In this document: piece by piece, positions 59,641-64,000 of the stretch
How positions within the stretch are numbered: position 1 is the first letter of the stretch
Layout: each line of letters begins with the position of its first letter
NCBI RefSeq assembly: GCF_020745735.1
Contig: NC_083425.1
Span: 14,619,575 to 14,683,574 of the forward strand
Source of the DNA: Hemiscyllium ocellatum
Taxonomy: Eukaryota
DNA length: 64,000 bases
Direction of reading: 5' to 3'
Notes under the pieces: generated by a model
Seen by the model: the letters and a program-made list of their open reading frames with translations, nothing else
Databases searched by the model: none
What the model was told of the DNA's origin: nothing
Program-made: the position numbers and the translations under genes

Positions 59641-62600
59641 ACTGGAAGGTTAGAACTGCAGCTTGCTCAAGCATGTTTGAAACTATGAGGGAACAAAATG
59701 CAGCAACCTCAGGGATATTAATTAAGGTGATTGACAGGAGCAGGAAAATTGAGATGTCTATGAACAGGCTTTTATAACTTCAGAAATGTTCTTTAGTATC
59801 TACAGACTGTGACCATTTTGAATCTATATAGATTTGTTTGTTTTAAATGCAGCCCTGAATCATAAGTCAATTTCAAAATCCTTTTTGTTGAAGAAAAATA
59901 CTAGAGACCTGAATGTTGTGTAAGGGGATTAAATTTTGGGGTAGCCTTGTTATGATGTCATGGAACTGTATCACCAGGTATAAATAATACTGTGTGGGTG
60001 GAGTTACAGTACTTCAGAATAATGTGACAAGAAGATACACTAAAATGGGTGACCCTCTGGAAGACCCACTGAGAATGCATGATTAGTTATTTAACACTTG
60101 ATTAATTATTACCTAATCTAATATTATAGTTTACCATACGTAATAGTAGTTAGTTTGACGATATAACAAATAGTGTTACTTTGTGGTTTAAACCTAAAGA
60201 TAGTTCTTGACTTTGCTTATTCCCTGACCAGTCTGTAAGGAACCTAACCTCATTCTATGGCATCAAATACACAAAAGGGAGTGTCCAAGGTGGGATGCAC
60301 ACCAATAGAAGACTGAAATGTTTGCTAGACATTTAAAACAAAATATATGCTTAAAATGAAAGTATTTTTGTCATTTTAACATGTTTTGTATCATCAAAAT
60401 TTGCTTGTTAAAAGGGCAGTTGTTGTGATAGATGTAAAACATGTTAATATTCAGAGATGGGCTTTGGTGCTCTCCCTGTTGAAATTCTGGACAATTATTC
60501 CTCACTAAAATAGATTATCTGGTAGTTTATTTTTGTGTTGTTTGTGGGTTTTCTATGCACCGATTGGCTGCTGTGTTCCTTTACACAATGTCAGTAACTT
60601 GTCTTCAAAAATCAAACATTGTCTGTGAAACCCTTTGCCTCATCCTCCTTCCAAGTTTTTTTTCTTCCACGGACAGGTATGCTTTGGAATTGTAGGAGAC
60701 TTTTTACACTTTGTTGGGATGTAGAAATTTTTAAAAACCATCTGTCATTGAGGAATCCGGGTAAATTTTATCTGCTTTCAAGTAGTTGAGGTCAAGGCAT
60801 TTCATACGTTGGAGTTTTAGTCAACAGTTCTCCTTCTGAAACATGAAAAGGGCCTGTTACATTCCAGTAAAGTTCTAGGTAGCCTAAAGTGACCTTGTTT
60901 AAACTCCTAGCTAATTGAATTGATAGAAAGTTGCATCACTAGACATGGTGGCCAAACTGTTACCAAGTAAGCATGGTAACCTCAATTTAGACCATGTGTC
61001 AAAATCTGAAATGAAGGGGATGCTCAAAGTAAACCATAAGATGAATGGTAGTACATTAATGTTCAGGGGTTTCAGCCTTGTATGTTGACAAAGCCGAAAG
61101 ATCAAGGCTTCATTGTATTTGTACTCTACTCCCTGTCGAGTTCAGACATTTTCACAGCCAGTTCAACTTCAGTAGTAACTGATGTATTGGAGGATGTAGT
61201 TGCTAAAAAGTCATCCATAAGACATAGGAGCCAAAGTAGGCCACTCAGCCCATCGAGTCCTTTCCATCTTTCAGTGAGATCATGGCTGACCTGATTATAA
61301 TCGACTCCACTTTCCTGCCTTTTTCTCATGATGCTTGATTTTCTTACTGATTAAAAATCTCTAGATCATAATGAAAGCTGACACACGCATTTTTTAAACT
61401 AATGGGACCGGAATAATTTTGTAACAAATCCATGCTTTACAATTTGCACTTTAGAAACAGTGCCCCCAATTTATCAGTTGCGTTAACAGCGAATTTGCAT
61501 TAATGAAATCCGTATTATAGAAGAACGACCTGTGCATAGAATAATTCTCAAGTCATGAAAATAATCTACCCAAATTGGGCTAATTCTGAAAATATGAAGC
61601 TGAGATGCCAGCAGTGATCAGTCCAAATGGAAACTGATGACACCAGAGCAGTCACCATGAGCTGAAAGGACCGAAATAGTGTTACTGCCATAAGTCTTTC
61701 CTTCATGGCAGTATGTGAACTTTGAACTCAAATCAAATCTACAAAAGAATATTCAAACCTTTTCTAAATTTCTCGGTAGTGCATACGTGTAAAGCAATGG
61801 ACAGCATAGTCTTTTTGCTCCATCTTGACAATTAATTTAAGATACTCTTAGATGTCATAAAACTCCGCTAAACTGTCTCTGTTGAAGATCTTGCTATAGT
61901 TTCAAAAAGACAACAAATAAAAACAGGAAAGACTCAGTCACTGGACCACAGAGAATGGCTATCTCCACAGTTGCTCTGTTTAGATAGTCTAATGTCAGTA
62001 TAAACTGCATTCTTTATCCCATAGGTACAGGGGACTGAATCTTAAAATCAATGGATTCAGAAAGACAATCTAATATCTCTCAGCCAGCACAATCACCTGG
62101 GTGGTATTACAAAGAAAGTGCACTTGTTCAATCACCGTCACAGATTTTATGGTTTTGAGGGATTTGATACAAAGGATATTCTCCATACTGAAGTGTAAGA
62201 ACTTCTGAAATCATAGCATTTAGCAGAACAGTCAAAGATTTACATTTACACATATAACTTTTTTCAATGAAGTACTTTTAACAGATTGTCACTTCGCTTG
62301 TAACTTGGGCAAAGGTTTTGAAAACAAACCTAAAGAAAGTGCTCTTTAGTCCAGCAATTGTTCCACATTCCACCTATTTCTGACTGGACCATTGAGCACT
62401 TCCATCCCAAATCCTAGCTATGCTAGCTGGTATTTTTAACTTCCTCTGTTTGTAGCTCAGCACCCGACACACAGGAATTCTACTTGGTTGCCTTTTTGAT
62501 AGTACTACATTAACAGGGGAGGGCATAAACCATGTTTAGCACTGGTAGTTGAATAGGGCCTGATTAAGATAAACTTTCCTTGAGTTTTTGGGTTCTTCCT

Positions 62601-63169
62601 TTAATAAATTATCCAGATTGATCCTAGGCATTATGAGGCCGCTGGAAATTATTCGGCAAGAAAGCCTCTGTGACATGCAGCAATTCAACCTTTTATTTGA
62701 CCTGAAGTCAGCATAGTGCCAAATTGCACTACCCAGTTAAATCTGTGATTCTGGTCAACTAAAACAGATGTTGAGCAAAGACAGAGAGAGGATGGGCAGA
62801 GCATAAACTGATTTTAAAGAATTGCAATCAATTGTCCTAATGTGGATCAAAATTGTAAACTGAAGGTATCTAATTGTAAATTAGATTGCAAACACAAGTG
62901 TTAAGGTTTACCAAATGTATTCTAGGATGGAGGAAACTTGTATGTAGCACGGCACAGATAATTTCATGTTATGCCTGATAACAAGTGTGTCACTGGGTCT
63001 GTCAGCCACTATGTTGCTTTCTCAACCAACTTGGTTTAACTTCACCAAAGGAATGGAAAATGCTGAATGAAAATTGCATATTGTAATGCATGTGGTTGAT
63101 GAAAAAACAGTAAGATATTAAATTCACAGGAATTGGATAAACACAGAGATTCTGCTCATTCTTAAGGTC

Positions 63170-63420
63170 CGGGCCTCTGGCGACTGTCTGTGTGGAGTTT
63201 GCACATTCTCCCTGTGTCTGCGTGGGTTTCCTTTGGGTGCTCCGGTTTCCTCCCACAGTCCAAAGATGTGCAGGTCAGGTGAATTGTCCATGCTAAGTTG
63301 CCCAAAGTGATAGCTGCATTAGTCGGGGGAAATGGATCTGGGTGGGTTACTTTTCGGAGGGTCGGTGTGGACTTGTTGGGCTGAAGGGTCTGTTTCCACA
63401 CTGTAAGTAATCCAACTAAA
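63170..63420 (+). mobile_element. 5'-truncated HE1-type SINE
   Basis: GCGACTGTCTGTGTGGAGTTTGCACATTCTCCC... core and tail. Confidence 0.85.
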
Positions 63421-64000
63421 AAGCTAACTGAGGAGTTGGTTACAAGTGAAGCTGACTGGTTCTTAGCTAACTGAGCAGGTTGGAACTGGAAACGAGTTAC
63501 ACAAAGAAAGACCCTGTGGTCAACTGATCTCCCAGCAGTCTGTTCGCTGCAGCTAAAGAAAAAAAGCTAATTTTAAAGCTTGAAGAAAACGAGTCACTGT
63601 TCCTGCAACAGTGAGCTCTGACTTTTGAATCGATAATTCAGAGATATTTTCCAAGTGAATCATTGCTCTGTACTTCTTACAAACAAGTGGGTGCTTCCAG
63701 ACAAAGACAACTGAACACCAAGGGCCTGTCTAGTTGAAGGAGGAGCTTCTCAACAATTGGAATCTGCAAGCAAAGACCACTGAACAGACTGTCAAGTTTA
63801 CCTCTACCTCTGCTAACAATCCATTTTCCTTATTTGTTTGTCTGTAGAGTGTGTGTGTAAGAGGAGTTTATAATGGGATTAAAGTTTTAGTTGTTATATG
63901 CCAGTAGTTTCTACCTGTTTACAGGCTATTCTGCTGTAAGGTGCATTCCGTTAATGTGAATTCACTGTGACACGATTGACGAATTGGGGATAGTGTTTCA

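Noticed and set aside
56506-64000. PGS1 exon 8 (GLW...IGSPNFGYRS) and later exons
   Set aside because: I found no matching sequence by eye; they probably lie beyond the window.

Overview
Vertebrate genomic DNA, almost certainly from a shark or other elasmobranch (HE1-type SINEs, abundant CR1 and Penelope-like repeats). The main gene is PGS1 (mitochondrial phosphatidylglycerophosphate synthase) on the + strand. Coding exons 1-7 span 18535-56505 with consistent splice phases; I found no 3' exons in the window. The first ~1.5 kb is a STAT-site-rich promoter facing left, with the AP-1 / distal STAT / proximal STAT layout of the SOCS3 promoter, so SOCS3 probably lies just outside the window, head-to-head with PGS1. 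Most of the remainder is nested mobile DNA. The most unusual structures are: (1) A solo LTR whose TATA box has been hit four times at the same site, giving an ordered target-insert-target array. The apparently newest insert is an intact, intronless V-ATPase subunit G (ATP6V1G1-like) retrocopy placed directly behind the LTR CCAAT/TATA promoter. (2) A second same-site stack of four tRNA-derived SINEs in the PQG motif of an old LINE reverse transcriptase. (3) A FLYWCH-type Mutator (MULE) deletion derivative with TIRs and an 8-bp TSD. (4) Several fold-back Penelope inserts carrying hammerhead ribozyme cores, one only 12 nt into intron 6 after the exon 6 splice donor. Everything was read by eye: repeat-family names and homologies come from recognition, not database searches, and boundaries of old repeats are approximate.
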